From Pseudovirgaria hyperparasitica (taxonomy: Eukaryota), in the NCBI GenBank assembly GCA_010093815.1, contig ML996571.1: a stretch of 64,000 bases of DNA; one strand, written 5' to 3'. Position numbers and translations under genes: made by a program. Shown in pieces: positions 13,901 to 28,264 of this stretch; positions within the stretch are counted from its first letter, which is position 1, and each line of letters opens with the position of its first letter. Below the pieces are notes generated by a model. That model was given only the letters and a program-made list of their open reading frames with translations. It ran no database searches and was not told the DNA's origin.

Positions 13901-14161
13901 AGCATTGGCCCAAGTTCTAGAAGGATGAGTAGAAGGAGCTGTCTTTGGAATTCGTCGTGGTAATTTTGAGACGGGTGCTTGTCCGCTACGCGAAGACTTC
14001 GTGCTGGCCATGAAGCTAGGTGACGAGCCCTGGGAAAAGTCATCCATCGGTGGTCTACTCTCACTAGAGCTCTTGCGTCCCTTGCGGAGCGACTCGTAGA
14101 GTGAAGGACCACGCGGGATGGAGCTAGAAGGCATCGGGCCAGTATCTGATTGAGGCGGCAT
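10974..14161 (-). CDS. Large Ser/Pro-rich, probably disordered hypothetical protein with a C-terminal helical/coiled segment
   Basis: Four ORF pieces join through canonical introns (GTAAGT..TTCTAG near 13.73-13.78 kb; GTACAT..GCTAAT..ACAG near 13.22-13.27 kb; GTATGG..CTAAC..GAAG near 11.17-11.23 kb). No recognised domain. Confidence 0.7.
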
Positions 14162-15157
14162 GCCTGGCTCATACAGACGAAAGCATGCAACTTGGGCGAG
14201 AAGGTGCAACGAAGATGGAGTGAAGCTGAAGAAGATCTTCGATATATAGGGTCCGCGGGATGAATTGCAAGTTTGAAAGTGGGGTAGAAACACGGGAGTG
14301 AACAAGAAACGTGAGATTTGTTTCTTCAAAGAGAAGTTGCGATTCCCACGCGTCAAGTGATTGTCCACCATATTCACCTCGTTCACGCCAATCGCGAAGT
14401 GTAGACGACGAGCAGAACCATGGGACGAGCGTCAAGGTAGCATATGAGCCAAAAAGAATGAAAATAACGTGGCTACGAGAGAAAAAAGTAGAACCTTGCA
14501 AATAAGTGCGTATGTACCGTAGGGAAACTATGCTCTTGGCTGTAGCGACGAGAGAACAATCGTAAATTGATTATTACCTGAGGTAACATAGCGCAGAGCG
14601 GAAACTTCGTCTTACGAGCCATACCTCGCGAACTACCCTCGCAGATTCTTCTTACTATGTCAGACATATGCAACTCTTGACCTCGCTGAAACGCAATATG
14701 GACATTGATTATAGAGCTCGATAGGTCCGACCTCACAGATGACGCACATCCCAATTCATACAAGAGCATATGCTTTCATCTCGGGTAAGACCAGGTTGGT
14801 CTAGGGGCTATTCCAAAAATTTCGCGTGAGGTAGCTGCTTAACGAGGGTGAGGTGGATATCAGCATGAAATGTACTATATATGTCGCGCGATTCTAGATG
14901 CCTCAGGCCACAAACAGCCCCTCGTCTTCGGTCCGATATCGCCGGAAACGCAGTCAATTTTGAGCTCGAATTATTGGTGCCTCCATTGAGGTAATAGTAG
15001 GTATCCATTGCGCTGACTCAGTACGATATACCTACGCAACAGATTCTCGTGGACTACCGTGAGCTCACTCAAGAAATAACGCCTGCAGTTCTGCAATACA
15101 GACGATCCAGCCGAAGGGCAGTATCTCACTTCCCAACGGAAGAACCGAGAAGTCGCG

Positions 15158-17009
15158 ATGTCGTCCAGCGACGCGCAGACATATACAAGCACCAGAGGCG
15201 GTTCGTCGGGAGTAAGCATCCAGACTCAAAGACTTTGAAGAGCACAGCTAATCGCAACGGGAGCTATCATTTGAAGACGTAGTACTCAAGGGTCTCGCTG
15301 AAGATGGCGGTCTCTTCGTCCCCCAATCGATACCTTTACTTCCTTCCAATTGGCGCGAGTGGGCAAGCTTAAGTTTTGAAGATCTAGCCTTTGAGATCAT
15401 GTCACTGTATATTGCGCGTTCTGAGATAGATTCAGAAAGCTTGAAAGAGATTGTCAGAAAGAGCTATGGGACATTCCGACACAAAGATGTTACTCCTCTG
15501 GTACCACTGGACAAAGCCAAGAATCTATACCTGCTTGAACTTTTTCACGGGCCGACATTTGCATTCGTGGGTTTCCCGTGTCCTGTGTCTGTTCATGGCA
15601 TGGTGATGAAATGCCACTGACATACACTAGAAAGATGTAGCGCTCCAGTTCCTAGGCAACCTGTTCGAGTATTTCCTTGTCAGGCGCAATGCCAATCTAC
15701 AGGAGGGCGAAAAGAGACACCATCTGACGATTGTTGGGGCCACCAGCGGAGGTACATGGCTCTTGCACATGCTTCACAACCAATACTGACAGGCTCAGAT
15801 ACTGGTTCTGCTGCGATATATGGCCTTCGGAATAAGAAGGACGTGTCAGTTTTCATTCTCTTTCCCACTGGGCGGGTGTCTGCCGTCCAGGAAGCGCAGA
15901 TGACGACAGTGCTAGACCCCAACGTGCATTGTCTCTCTGTTGCGGGCACATTCGATGATTGTCAGGATATGGTCAAAGCGCTGTTCGCGGATACTGAGAT
16001 TCGAAAATCGCAGCACCTCGCTGCTGTCAACTCGATAAACTGGGCCAGGATCCTGGCACAGATCACGTATTACTTTTCAGCATACTTTTCCCTGGTCCGA
16101 CAAGAAGGACTGGACCCCAACGGCGAACCCCCACACGTAACATTTACAGTGCCGACGGGCAACTTCGGCGACATCCTGGCCGGGTTCTTTGCCAAGCGCA
16201 TGGGTCTACCGATCGCGAAATTAGTTGTAGCCACAAACGAAAACGACATTTTATACCGCTTTTGGCAAGCCGGCAAGTACGAGAAGAAGTATGCTCCGCC
16301 GAATGACCCCAGCACCCACGGTGGAATAGCTGCAGACGGGGCGGCCGCGCATGAGGAGGGCGTGAAGGAGACACTCAGCCCTGCCATGGACATTCTTGTC
16401 AGTAGCAATTTCGAGCGTCTAGTCTGGATCCTCCTGTACGAGCAGCAGCTCGGCGCGCCCGCCACCACGACCGCGACCGCGACCGGAGAAGGCAACACAG
16501 CAGACGCCGCAAGAAGACAGGCTAGCAAGGATATCAACAGCCTCTTCGCAAGCCTCAAGGCCAGCGGCTCCTTCGAAGTCTCCCAGCCAGTCCTGCAGGC
16601 CGCCCTCGGAGACTTTGGCGCCGAGCGCGTCTCAGACGACGAAACCGTCGCGACCATCAAGGCCATCTACGCCGGAAACGACGCCTACATCCTCGACCCG
16701 CACTCCTCCATCGGCGTCACGGCCGCGCTGCGCTCCATCGCAAAGACGTTTGAAGACCCGCTCCCGCAGCACACGAGGCGCTATCTCGTCAGTCTCGCCA
16801 CCGCTCACCCGGCCAAGTTTGCAAACGCCGTCGATCTCGCGCTCTCGGGCGTGCAGGCTTATACCTTTGCCGATATTATCCCCGCTGAGTTCGCCGGCTT
16901 GGAGCAGAAGGAACGCAAGGTCAGGCTGATTGCTGCGCAGGACCGCAGTCTGGCTGGGATCCGCAGTGTCATTGTCGATGAGGTCAGGAAGGAGAGTGTT
17001 GCGTCATGA
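15158..17009 (+). CDS. THR4: Threonine synthase
   Basis: Four exons. Motifs: YTSTRGG, LSFEDVVLKGLAEDGGLF, LLELFHGPTFAF|KDVALQ (PLP lysine), GATSG|DTGSAA, NSINWARILAQ, VPTGNFGD, TLSPAMDI, ATAHPAKF. Confidence 0.97.
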
Positions 17010-17613
17010 ATGCTTGGGACGAACGCTGGACCTTGCCTGGGTATCAGGTACCCTCATTCTCCGTGACTCGGCTCCCTGGCATTCACAGGGGAAGCATTGG
17101 TTCGTAGACTGGATGAATAGATTACGATATTAAAAGTGCAAATACAAAAGCCTTGTTGAGTTCATGACAGCTTGTTGTTTCTCATTGTCATTATGTGCCC
17201 TTTGTCTGCCCAACATCTGTGTGCCTCCCTCCCCTCCCGGAGGAGGGGGGTGGGACTGAATCAGGGCTGTATCGGAGGAGTCCGCCAGTCTAAACTTGGA
17301 ACAGTCCTGTACCTTGGAAAAACATTAAATAAATATATATGTTTATATTCTTTCTTTTCTTCCCTTTTCTTCCCTTTTCTTCCGTAAGTGAATCGACTTT
17401 TTATAGCCCCATCTCCGGCCGGCTCCGGCCATGTCGTCAGGGTGAATCGAAAATCGAACGCCCTAATAATATCTGTCTTGGCTGTGTGTGTACGTGTGTA
17501 TGTGTGTGTGTGTGTGTGTGTCCATTCCTCAACTAGGTACCCTGCTGTAATCTCCCTGATTACCTTACCCCACAAAACTCATGAGTCTATGTACCGGCGG
17601 GGAAAAACTCAGG

Positions 17614-17615
<2 letters not shown>

Positions 17616-17647
<32 letters not shown>
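17616..17647. repeat. (AG)n microsatellite, with a (GT)n run nearby at ~17484-17521
   Basis: Read directly from the sequence. Confidence 0.95.
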
Positions 17648-17651
<4 letters not shown>

Positions 17652-18086
17652 AAAGGGGGCGTTGTTAATTTCCCCGTCGTACGAGTCGTGGGGATTGTTG
17701 GGGTTTGGGGTTTGGGCTTATGGGTTTGGGTTGTTGTGTGTGTTTATGTTTCATGTGCATTATTGAGCTCTGTGTTGTGTTTCATGGGTCGTGTGCCATA
17801 TGATGTATTGCAGTATTGATTTCTTGGTTGGTGTGTGCTGATTGGTTCTGGAGAATGGGCTTTTGTTTTTCTTTTGAGAGGAGCTTGTTGTTGTTGTTGT
17901 GATCATGTGGGAGGCTCTTGGTAGATGGGTGGATTGGATGGTGAATGGATGGGTAAAGGGAGGTAGGGCATACATTGCTCTCAAATCCAACCGCGAGTTC
18001 TACTATACATATATACACATGCAACATGCGAAACGCAACGCAGAGCAGAGCAGAGCAGAGCAGAGCAACGCATGTACATATACTCT

Positions 18087-18190
18087 AACCAAACACATAC
18101 TCCAACCAAACGCATACTCCAACCAAACGCATACTCCAACCAAACGCATACCCCGACCGAAGCATACCCCGACCAAACATACCTTCCAAA
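18087..18190. repeat. ~17-bp minisatellite (AACCAAACGCATACTCC), about 6 copies, decaying 3'
   Basis: Read directly from the sequence. Confidence 0.9.
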
Positions 18191-21100
18191 CAAAAGCCAT
18201 GCAAACCCGCAGTATATACAACCTCTACATTCCCAACTATGCAAACCCAAGACCAAAAGAATCAAAAATCGAATAAAAAAAAGGAGAGATACTTTAAAAC
18301 ACTTCAGCAGAGAGGTGTTCCATCATGGCGGTTAGTTATACTTAGGGTATGTTTACTTTCTCGTTTCACTCTTGCGTTGAGCATGCTGTGATGGCATGGC
18401 ATGGCTGGGTAGAGGCGAGGTAGAGGTGAGTAGATGAGAGATTGGGACAGCATAGCACATTACGTCGTGAGATGTGAGATGATTATGAGTAGGTAGGTAT
18501 GGCTGTGTAGCCTAGGACGTATATTCACTGTGGCTTGTTTCCCTTTGTTTCATTATACTCAACCTCATCTCGCGCCTCATCTCATCTCATCTCATCTCAC
18601 CTCACCTCACCTCCTCTCCTCTCCTCTCCTCCCCACAACCAAAAAAACCTGCTTTCCACCTCCATCCACCCACCCATCCACCCATCCATCCATTCCAACC
18701 TACATACCTACGACGTCCCTCCACTACCACTACCCAGGCCCAGCCAGCCAAGCAACAGCAAACGGGACCCGCTCCCTCAAACCAAAAACGGATGACGATA
18801 TCCCACGACCCGGGATACGAAAAGGGGGGACGGGCTTTGGTCCCCCCCAAAACAAAACACGCAAAGAAAACCAAAAAACCAAAAGGCCTGCGCCCACCTC
18901 ACCTGCAATCACCTCTCCTCGTTAAACATGTCCCAGAACAGTATAAACTCCGCTCTGTGTACATCTGGAGGTAGTTTAGGCGGCGGCGGGGGGTAGGGGG
19001 AGGGGGGTCTTGCAAGGAGGGAAAGAAAAAAGTGGATGCTGAGGATAAATGGAATGGATGGGTGGAGCAAGGAACCCGGCTTCTGGAAAACGTCTGCCGG
19101 TAGCTTCCGCTTCGGCGACGACGCCAGAGGGTGCGCCAGAGAGGGAGATGAAGGGGAGGGAGCTGTCAACATTGGAGAAAGGGAGAGAGAGAGAGAGAGA
19201 TCATCGATCGATTGATCGTCCCTCCGGGCGTCGGCGCTATTATCTTAGTATTGCTGCTATTATCATTAGCATTGTTTATTAGATCTCGCAAAGCAGCAAC
19301 AAAAAAAAGGCATCACGCGCCGCACTGTGCGATTGCGATTGCGATTGCGATTGCGTATATGAAAAACGGGCGACGCCCGCCTCGTCGAATAGCCGAAAAA
19401 TACATGTCTCGCTGCCACGCAAGACCAACTTTTTCCATATTGCAGTCTGCGCGAAAGCAAGGGGGGGGAGGGAGGGAGAGTTGATGAGTGAGACGCGGCG
19501 ATGCCGCCTCGACTTGGAAGCAATGTCCGTAGGTTGTGAAACGATGAAGAAGAAGGAGTAGTAGGAAGTAAGAAGGGCCAGAAAAAAAAAGAGTGGCGCT
19601 TTCTCCCCCCTCCCTCCCCTTTCTGGTGACGAGAGAGAGTCGACGACGAGACGGGGATGACCTCGTCTGTCAAGGCGCAGGGGCACAGCGAGGTCCAGGG
19701 GTGGGAGAGAGAGAGAGGGGTTCGCGAAACTGGAACTGGGTATGGTCGAGTACGTAGATCCCATCTGAAGAGCCGCGACCGACAGAGTGGGTCGAGGACT
19801 AGTTCTAGTGCTACGCCCATGCCGCGCCATGCAGGACGGGCAGAGGACGTATGGAAAAACAGCACAATTAGTTTGATTGCTTGAGGTTGAACGCTACTGA
19901 GAGTGAGAGAGAGAGTGAGAATTGCGGCTATTGGGGTCCGAGGTGGGGTCTCGTCAAGGCAGTTGGTATCATGCTCGGGCTGCCTCATGCACACACACCT
20001 ACCTACCTATGTCCGCAGCTCGGGTGGCGCACTCGAGACTCGAGGCAGGCCTGCGTCGATCATCTGCTTCTGCTGGCTGCTGCTTGGGGGACCAATGATG
20101 GACACAAAACCTCGTGTCACCGCACCGGGGCCCGGTAGGACGTCTATTTTGGAATACAAAGCTGTCATATATCGGTGAACGTCGTGTCGGGATCTGTTTG
20201 ATATTGACAGCAGTGGTGGTACGCCAAGGCCTGTGCGAGCTTGGCTCAGCCAGTGGAAGACGGCAAGAATTGTTCCAGAAAGGCCCTAGAAGATTGGCGG
20301 CAAGGCCTTTTGTGTGACATGGAGTGAATGGATTGGGCCCTGTGATGCCTGTGATGGATCCGTAAAGCCGACCTGGAAAGCATGCTGATGAGTTGGTAGT
20401 AGTTTTAGCGAGCGAAAGGTAATAGTTAGTCCAAGGAGGAAAGCGGCAGGACTCGACACGGCCGACGGCCAGATCAGAGATTAGAACTGCTTCTATCGAG
20501 CCATGAATGTCAAAACCTCATATCTGCCTTCAGCATGACATGACAGTGGAGCAAGCTCAACGCCTGTTGCGTGTTTGCCATTTTCACGGATGTTCGGAAT
20601 TGGGGAGATGTCAGGTCGTGCACAGAACAGAAGACTGGACACCGCCGGTTCTCGACAGGCACTTGACATGGTCGGCATTGCACCTGAGGCGGCGTGTAAG
20701 AATCATTGTTCGGGCCACATCTGTTGAGGTTCGGACCGGGATGATGTTGACGGCAGAGATTCGAGAAGCAGCAAAGGCATGACAAGAGTCATGATGGAAG
20801 TGAATCATGAGTCGAAAGAGTGAGAGGAATCTACGGCAGGCTTCCCGGTGAACAGCCAGCTAGAACTACCTGAGTTTAGTGGGGGATAAGTGAAGGTCAA
20901 GGCTGAAAAGGCTCCACCGCAGACCCCCCTCGGCAGAGGCTTGTTCGGACCCTGCACACGATTGTAGCAGCACAGATGGATCCCACCAACCGGCGAGGTG
21001 GCATATGGTTTCGGGAATTGGATTGAAGAATCAAAATGACGTTTGCATCGGCGCATTCACAGCATGCAGAATGTGACCCGTTACCTTCCATTCAGAGTCC

Positions 21101-23655
21101 CGAGGCAGTAGAGCATCTCAGATGGGTCCTTCAGAGTCCTGTGATTAACTTCTTACATCAGAATTGCTGGGCATTACGGGTCGGTATGGGCAAGATCAGG
21201 CAAAGTTGGAAGCGTCCCTGGCCTGTTCTGTTATTCAGTTAATTACCAGACGGATTTGTTCGTCCTCATCGGTACGTATGTCAAGGTCCACGGCGGCTGA
21301 AAGTGGACTAAAGTGGAGTTGGACCCTCAACTAAGCAGCATAATCTTCCGAACCGACCCGCATCGGCGACATCAAGAGCGGACAATTGCCAGCTGATGGA
21401 GGCTGCTAAGATCCCGTAGACGAGATAAGCATAAGGAAGGGGGGCCGTAGGGGAGCATTGCCATAGGTGATGATTGTCGGCAGCAGACATGGATAACATG
21501 GCCAAGGGGTAAAAGGCCTAAGCTGGTTGGCGAGGATGAAAGGGTTTAATGGCGATAAGGGATGATAATATAAAAAGAACACTCGTTCACAGGTGACGTT
21601 GGAGGAGCGGATGGCGATTGGGCAATGTGATATGTGAGCTGGTCAGCTGAATGGAGGGACGTGGTCATTTCTTTGATTGTTTGCATGTTTGCAGGCCACG
21701 TGCTGCTCGTGCCGTGGCGTCGTCACTTACACCAATAGCGCGGTGGTGGGTCCGATTGGGGGCAGACATATCACAGCCTTGGCCTCTGGATATACTTGCT
21801 TGCACAACACACACACACACATACACACACACAGTCAATATAATTGATGAAGAAATAAGTGTCAGCCTCCTTGAACCAGGTGTGGTGCTGCGGGTGAGTA
21901 CTTCGGCTGTGGCTAATGGGCAAAGGACTCGGGGATAGTACGTTCGGATAACGGACATGTCATACATAAGTGGACTGTAAACGTGCTGATACACGCTAGG
22001 TCCATGGACTGGAATAATCAAAAGCCACTGGCCAATCCATGCAATGTTTATCTATCCACGGTGGGACGTTAGTGGTCTTATTATGGCGGTGACGTCTCCA
22101 TGGCACGATTCCTGGCTCCAGCTTGCACACTTGCCCTGCCACACACAGTAAGGAGGACTCGGCCGAGCCAAGTGAGTGGCCAAGAAAGCAACGTGGAACA
22201 AGGCTTGGTGGGAAATCCTTCGTGCGCTGCTGCAGCACAGGAATTTGTGATGTACCGGTCTTTTGCAAAGCTGCAGTGGTACAGCTATTAGCAGGTTTGG
22301 TGTCAGGACCGTTGATCAGGCAGCCGAAAGGACGGGGAAAAAAAGACAAGGCGTCCGGCTGTGAAACGTGTCGATGGGACCGATAGGATCATTAGGCACG
22401 AGGCGCACGTTTTCCAACTGCCACCGGTTGGTTGCAAGTGTGTGTATTGTCCCGTAAGCAGCTCATTAGCTGGAGGGCTGGCGGTCTGTCAACATGGCTG
22501 ACGCTCTCGGGAGTGTACGCGGCTGGTGTGCCAGTGGAACATCCAGAAGGACGGCTTCGCTTAACCGCGGCAGCAGGAAAAGGAGGAACAGGGACAGAAG
22601 TTTGACTGGGTGTGTAGTGAGTGAGCTAAAGAGGGGAATTGGCTTTTGTTGTGCAAGTGTCAATGATAAAATTGTGTTGATGGGGTTAATTATGATGGAT
22701 GATGGATGATGGGATTGCATCGGTGATGGCTGATGGAGGGTGAAAGGGTGCGGACTAGAGGATTTAACTTTGCGTGTCCGAATGACTAGATGTGGGTATA
22801 GTACCGGACACGCGGGGGGGGGGGCAGAACTAGCAGTCACTACCATCATCATCATCGTCTACGGGACGCCTGTGTCCGCTGCCAGATTGAGCCCTGGGTC
22901 GTAATTGCCTAGATAGGGTTAGTCACTACTGCGGATTAGCAGCTAAACGTTACCCACCCAGGGGCCCGGGCTGGTCGCTACCTAGGCAAGGCGGTGGCTT
23001 AAGGCGCTAAGGCGCTAAGGCGGTAAGGCCTAGGGCGGTAGGGCAGCAGAAACTATGTGGGTTGGGTGGGTGTGTGGCATGGAAGTCATAATTACCCAGT
23101 TATTAGTTCCATCGTATTTCCCCCCTCTCATCCCTTTCCAAGTTTCCAAGGCCAAACTCACTTCATTCATTATTGATGATGCCTGACTAATTATCTGCAG
23201 TCTTCAGCCTACGTTTTGGTCCGTGAGCAGTGCTTTCAGGGCTCCGGTTGCATGTCTCGCAGCAGAACAATGTCTCGCCGGCGCTGGTTATGTTATGTAT
23301 CTCTTTACCCCGTCCGTCAGCGATTCCAGCGTGCTGCAGCAATGAGGGTGTTTTTTTTTCTGGTCTGCCAGTAGCAAACCGCGTGGTCCTCCGCACGGGG
23401 CAGTAGGTGATATATGGCACAATTTAGAATGCGAACGAACTCAGCCAGTCCACAGTCCATAGTCGATAGTCGATAGTCAATGCTTGATAGTCGATGCTTA
23501 TTGTCATTATCGATGCTTGATACTTGAACCGGACACGGTCGACGCGACGCTACTTGGGACTGTCGGAAAACCCACACGCGCACTACGCAATGTGTGTGTG
23601 TGTCTTGGCTGCTTGCTTGTCGACATTCCGGCGCTTTTGCGAGCATCTTCCTGGG

Positions 23656-23736
23656 GCGACAGCCTGGAAGCGTCGCGATCTGAAGCCTCTGTGCGACAGC
23701 CTGGAAGCGTCGTAATCTGAAGCCTCTTGTGCGACA
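23656..23736. repeat. 37/38-bp tandem duplication (GCGACAGCCTGGAAGCGTCG..ATCTGAAGCCTCTGT)
   Basis: Copies start at 23656 and 23693, with a partial third at 23731. Confidence 0.9.
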
Positions 23737-24975
23737 TGAAAGGACAAGGCCGGTGGTCTGGTAGCACGCTCGTCCGCTTTTCCACCTATCTGGCGCGTGA
23801 ACGAAGGATGGCAGCGATTGCTGAAACAAAAGCACCCCAAGGTAATTTTAGCCTCTGCCTCAAGGTCCCCGCAGCCAGCGCACGTGTGCCAAACTCCAAT
23901 TCCAGCCGCTTGCGATTGTGGGTTGTGCATTTCGCTTCAGGGATGCGGGCATGCCGGGATGATCGTAGAAGAGGTCCCTCATCGCGTCTGGGTGTGTCTT
24001 TGTGGAGCAGAAGGTCGTGTTTACCCAACCATCGGCGCCGACCGCTGGCCAACTGAGTGCGGACTTGAGGGAAACGAGCAAGATGAGCGAGATGAGAGCG
24101 GCTGTATGTGCGTGTCAACGTCAACATCGAGCGAACGTCTGTGCATCTGCGTCTCAAGGTTAATCTCTGTTCATACTGTAGTTGGCCAGCCGTCCGGTTT
24201 GGGTCACGGGTGTGTGTAGTGTTGTGTAGTGTGGCGGCGTATGGTGTGTGTGTAGTGTAGGTGTGTAGGGTGTAGAGTGTGGTGTGGCCGTAGTCAAAAC
24301 CCACCAACAACTCACTACCTTCTCACTACCCAACTAATAGCTACGAGACGCCTCGTCCCGTCCGGACGGTACGTTACTTTTCTCTCGCATATCCTCCCTC
24401 CACCTTCGCTCGCTCTCACTTTCCCACCCCTCTGTGAAGAGAGAGTCCCACACTGCTGAGAGGACTCCCCCCTCCTAGGGCTCCAATTTATTTCGTCTCT
24501 GGCTCGAGGGGCTTGGCCTTGTTGGCGAATGGCGCAAGACTTGTCGGGAGCCGCATGCAATCACATCTGGCGCCTCTGATCTACAAAAGGCGGTGCACCG
24601 ACTATCTGACCTGGCCGGCCTGCAACAGAAAGACCGCGGACCATCTTCCCTGTCCTGGAGAAGTGCTGGACCAGCAGACGTCTCTCTACTATCAAGTCCC
24701 TTGTACGACCTCTTCGGTACAAGCTCCGTGGTCCCAAGCTCCATAGTTACATTAGATCGGCCAGCTCTTATATCCCGAACACGATCCTGTCCGAAAAACA
24801 AAAGAAAAACACCCTTACTCCCGCGCCCTGGCCTGTCTCTCACTCTCTCACTCTCACTCTGCCGACTTGTCGATTGCTTTGCTTTCACCTAATGCGGCAG
24901 ATCAGAAGTCCAATCGTTCAGTGCTGGAACGTCTATCCTATGAGCAGCGCTCTTGCACACCCCAACATCAACATC

Positions 24976-26295
24976 ATGTCGTCAATCAACAAAACGCCCT
25001 CGCACGAGGGCTACTCGTCGGCCGACTCGGAGTCGAAGAAGCAAGCCGGACTACAGACTCCGCAAGGAAGAAAGCGACGACCTTCGCGCGCGGGGACCCG
25101 CAGCGTCACCACGTTGACGGCCGCGCAGCTGGAACGCAAACGCGCAAACGATCGCGAGGCCCAGCGAGCCATCCGGCAGAGAACAAAGGACCATATCGAG
25201 TCACTGGAGCGTCGCATCAGCGAGCTCACATCCACCGACGTCAATGCGCGGCTGATGTCGACACTGGAGCGCAACACGGCGCTGGAGTCGGAAAACGAAC
25301 AGTTGCGCAGCCGGCTACATCAAGCTCTGAATTCGTTGCATAGCATGGAGGGATCAGGTATGTCGCTTTTTTTTTTCCTTCTCCTTCCCTCCTCCCCCCC
25401 CCAATCTCTGTGACATGTTACATATCGTCCCCTCTGTCTGGCACAGTGTGATGTCGTTGTAGTGCTGCGCCCATCACTTTGCGAAAGACAAGTGACAAGA
25501 GACTGGCAAAATTCAATGACGGCAAAAGTGTATACATATATAGCATATGATGGCTAATGCTATCTCTTTTTGCATCCAGGCATTCAAGCATCTGACACAG
25601 GTCTGTTAGATACCCCCGGCAGCAGTCTCTCGACGTCAGATCGACTCGGCTTGATGCAAGCGCCACGGCCATCGTCGACTCCAACGGCTCGTAGCTTACC
25701 CTCACTACCTGTCTCTCAAGGCGAGTGGTCACAGCACAGCAGCTACACATCAGCACCGACGTCGTCACCGATGGAGAGTGGACCGCCGACGGGCCATCAC
25801 GGGCAAGCCGGTGGAGGACATTGGAGTCCTCACAGCAGCACATCAGTCACGCAGTCACTTCCATCAGTTCCAGAAGCGGCGTATCCGCAGCCGCAGATTG
25901 GCTATTACGAACCGGAGCACGCAGCACGATCGGTATCGTACAGTTCAGAAGGCACGCAGGGCCAACACAGTCTCCCATACGGGAATGGGCCGCCACAGCA
26001 ACAGAGCCACACAACAGCTCAGGGGCCAGCGTCACAGCCGACATACGGCTACACATCGCATCCGCATGGCGGCCAACAAAGCGTTCCGGAGTATAGCCAG
26101 CAACGCGCACTTTCAAGCCAAGCACCCTCATACCCTCACTATGGGCATCAACAAACATACATGGGCCAGACGGCGCCTCACGCGGCTCCCGGAGCGGTGC
26201 AGCACGGCGGCGAGGGGCTCCAAATGATGCACCAACAGGCGGCAGCACAACCACAGGGCGGGCACATGATGTACAACATGAAGGTGGAACAGTGA
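24976..26295 (+). CDS. bZIP transcription factor with Gln/His/Pro-rich C-terminal region
   Basis: Exon 1 has SVTTLTAAQLERKRANDREAQRAIRQRTKDHIESLERRISEL...LESENEQLRSRL. Intron 25358-25579 (GTATGT...GCTAAT...CCAG). In-frame upstream ATGs exist at 24892 and 24940; 24976 has the best context. Confidence 0.88.
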
Positions 26296-28229
26296 GAGGG
26301 CATGTCATGGCATGGCATGGCATGGCATGTGCGATGCTTGAAGAAACATTTTTTTCTGGAAATTGCAATTTTCATGGATTGGCTTCGCCGCAGTGGATTT
26401 ATGCGATAAGGGGCAAAAAGATGGCGGCGGGCGCGCGCACGCACGCGCGCATAAAAGGGGTGGAGACGGTCGTAAGAATCAGCCCATTTTCTGACCTACG
26501 GGAAGCGGCAGCAATGGATCCTCGACGCGCGTAGGAAAGGCAACGTCATGCGCAGGCAGGGCGACAGTGGGAGAGAGAGAGAGGGAGAGAGCGAGAGGAA
26601 CAAATTGATTTAACAAAAAAGGAGCCGGGGCGGGTTCGAGAAAGAGTGGGGAGGAATTAGGGAAATAAAACGGGGGGTGGAGTATTTGATAAGTCGGGGA
26701 GGTCAGTGCAGCAGGAATGGAAGGGCTCGCTCGACCTTCTATCGCACCGAATGGGGTGGTGGCAGCAGCCGGATCGGCCAAGAAAGGCAAGACGGACGGA
26801 CTCGACTTGACTGCTGGGCTAGTTACTCTGGCGCATGGCATGGCGTGGTGGAGGACTCGGATGGAGTACAAATTGGCAGTCGACACGTTTTTGCTTGTCG
26901 ACGGCCAGCACAAGACAGCACAGGACACATGATTCTGGTGGGAGTCAAGTCGGCGCCGAGCAACGAATGGGCGGAGAGAGAGAGGGAGGGAGGAGAATAA
27001 AAGGGGGCGGCGGCGGACATGGCGCAGCAGCTACAGATGCTAGAGTGCTTAGTAGCGGCGCCGGCCACGCGATGCCATGCGCAGCAGGCATCGAGTGGAG
27101 TGGAGAGAGGCGAAAGAGAAGTGTTGAAGAAGTGAATTTGACAAGAACGTTTGTTGGACATGCTGCGACGACGTCGGATGTCCAAGTCGGCAGCAGCAGC
27201 AAGCAGTCAAATGACGTCGATTGTTGTTGTTGTTGATGATTGTTGTGGACATTGGCCACGTTATGCCCTGCATATATGCTGGCCCTGCATGGAAGGGGAC
27301 AGGAGGAAGGGAAGGGTGGTGGTGGTGGTGGTGGTGGTTAGATGAACAGACAAGACAAGCTACAAGCTACTAAGCAACAAGCAAAAGAGGAGCAGCATTG
27401 AATAGCAGCATCGTCATCAACGTCATCAACGTCATCGCCATCAGCATCGCCAGTGCGCGCGCTCGCAAAAGGATATCCATGCAGGCGTAGTGTGTAGTGT
27501 GTAGTGTGTATTGTGTATGGATTGTGTGTGTGTATTGAGTGTGTGGCGTGTGTGTGTATGTGTCCCCTAACAGCCAACCCCGTCTCGCTCGCTCGCTGGC
27601 CAGCCGCGGCCCCCTCCAAAAGCGACACGGAGCGGGCGGTGAGTGAGTGAAGCGAGAAGCGAGAAACGAAAAGAGCTTACTTGCAAAGTATGTGGATGGA
27701 TGGATGGACTCCTTACCACGCACGCACCCACGCACACACATGGACGCACGCACGCACCCACGCACGCACGCACAACATGGACACATGGACACGCGAAAGG
27801 ATGCTGATGCTGATGCTAAAGGCATGCGCAGATGACATGCTGGGGAAATGCAGCGTCGAGACGGACGATGATGAGGAGGAGGAGGACGATGACAATCGAC
27901 AAGCGACAGGCCGACAATATCCATCGACGCACGCACGCACGCACGCACACAGACAAAACAGAACGACGACGCCGCTTTCATCGCGATCCATCCTGCTTGG
28001 ATGTAGTGTAGTGTACTGGAGTACGTCGGACTACTCGCCGATATGCAGGTGGTGGTGGTGGTGGTGGTGCAGGGCTTAAACTGGGCTGGCTTGCTTACTT
28101 ACTTGTGTGCTTGGGCTGATGACTACTTGCTGCTTGCTGCTTGCTGCTAATTAGTGGGCGTAGATGGGGGCGAGGGGGGGGGCTGCCACGGTGCCCACTA
28201 CGACGACGACGACTGGGGGCTGCTGATGT

Positions 28230-28264
<35 letters not shown>

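Noticed and set aside
17172..24900. Many 60-240 aa ORFs in the repeat island
   Set aside because: They are translations of microsatellites (VCVC, ERER, HTHT), often with non-ATG starts, and show no domain signal or splice pattern.
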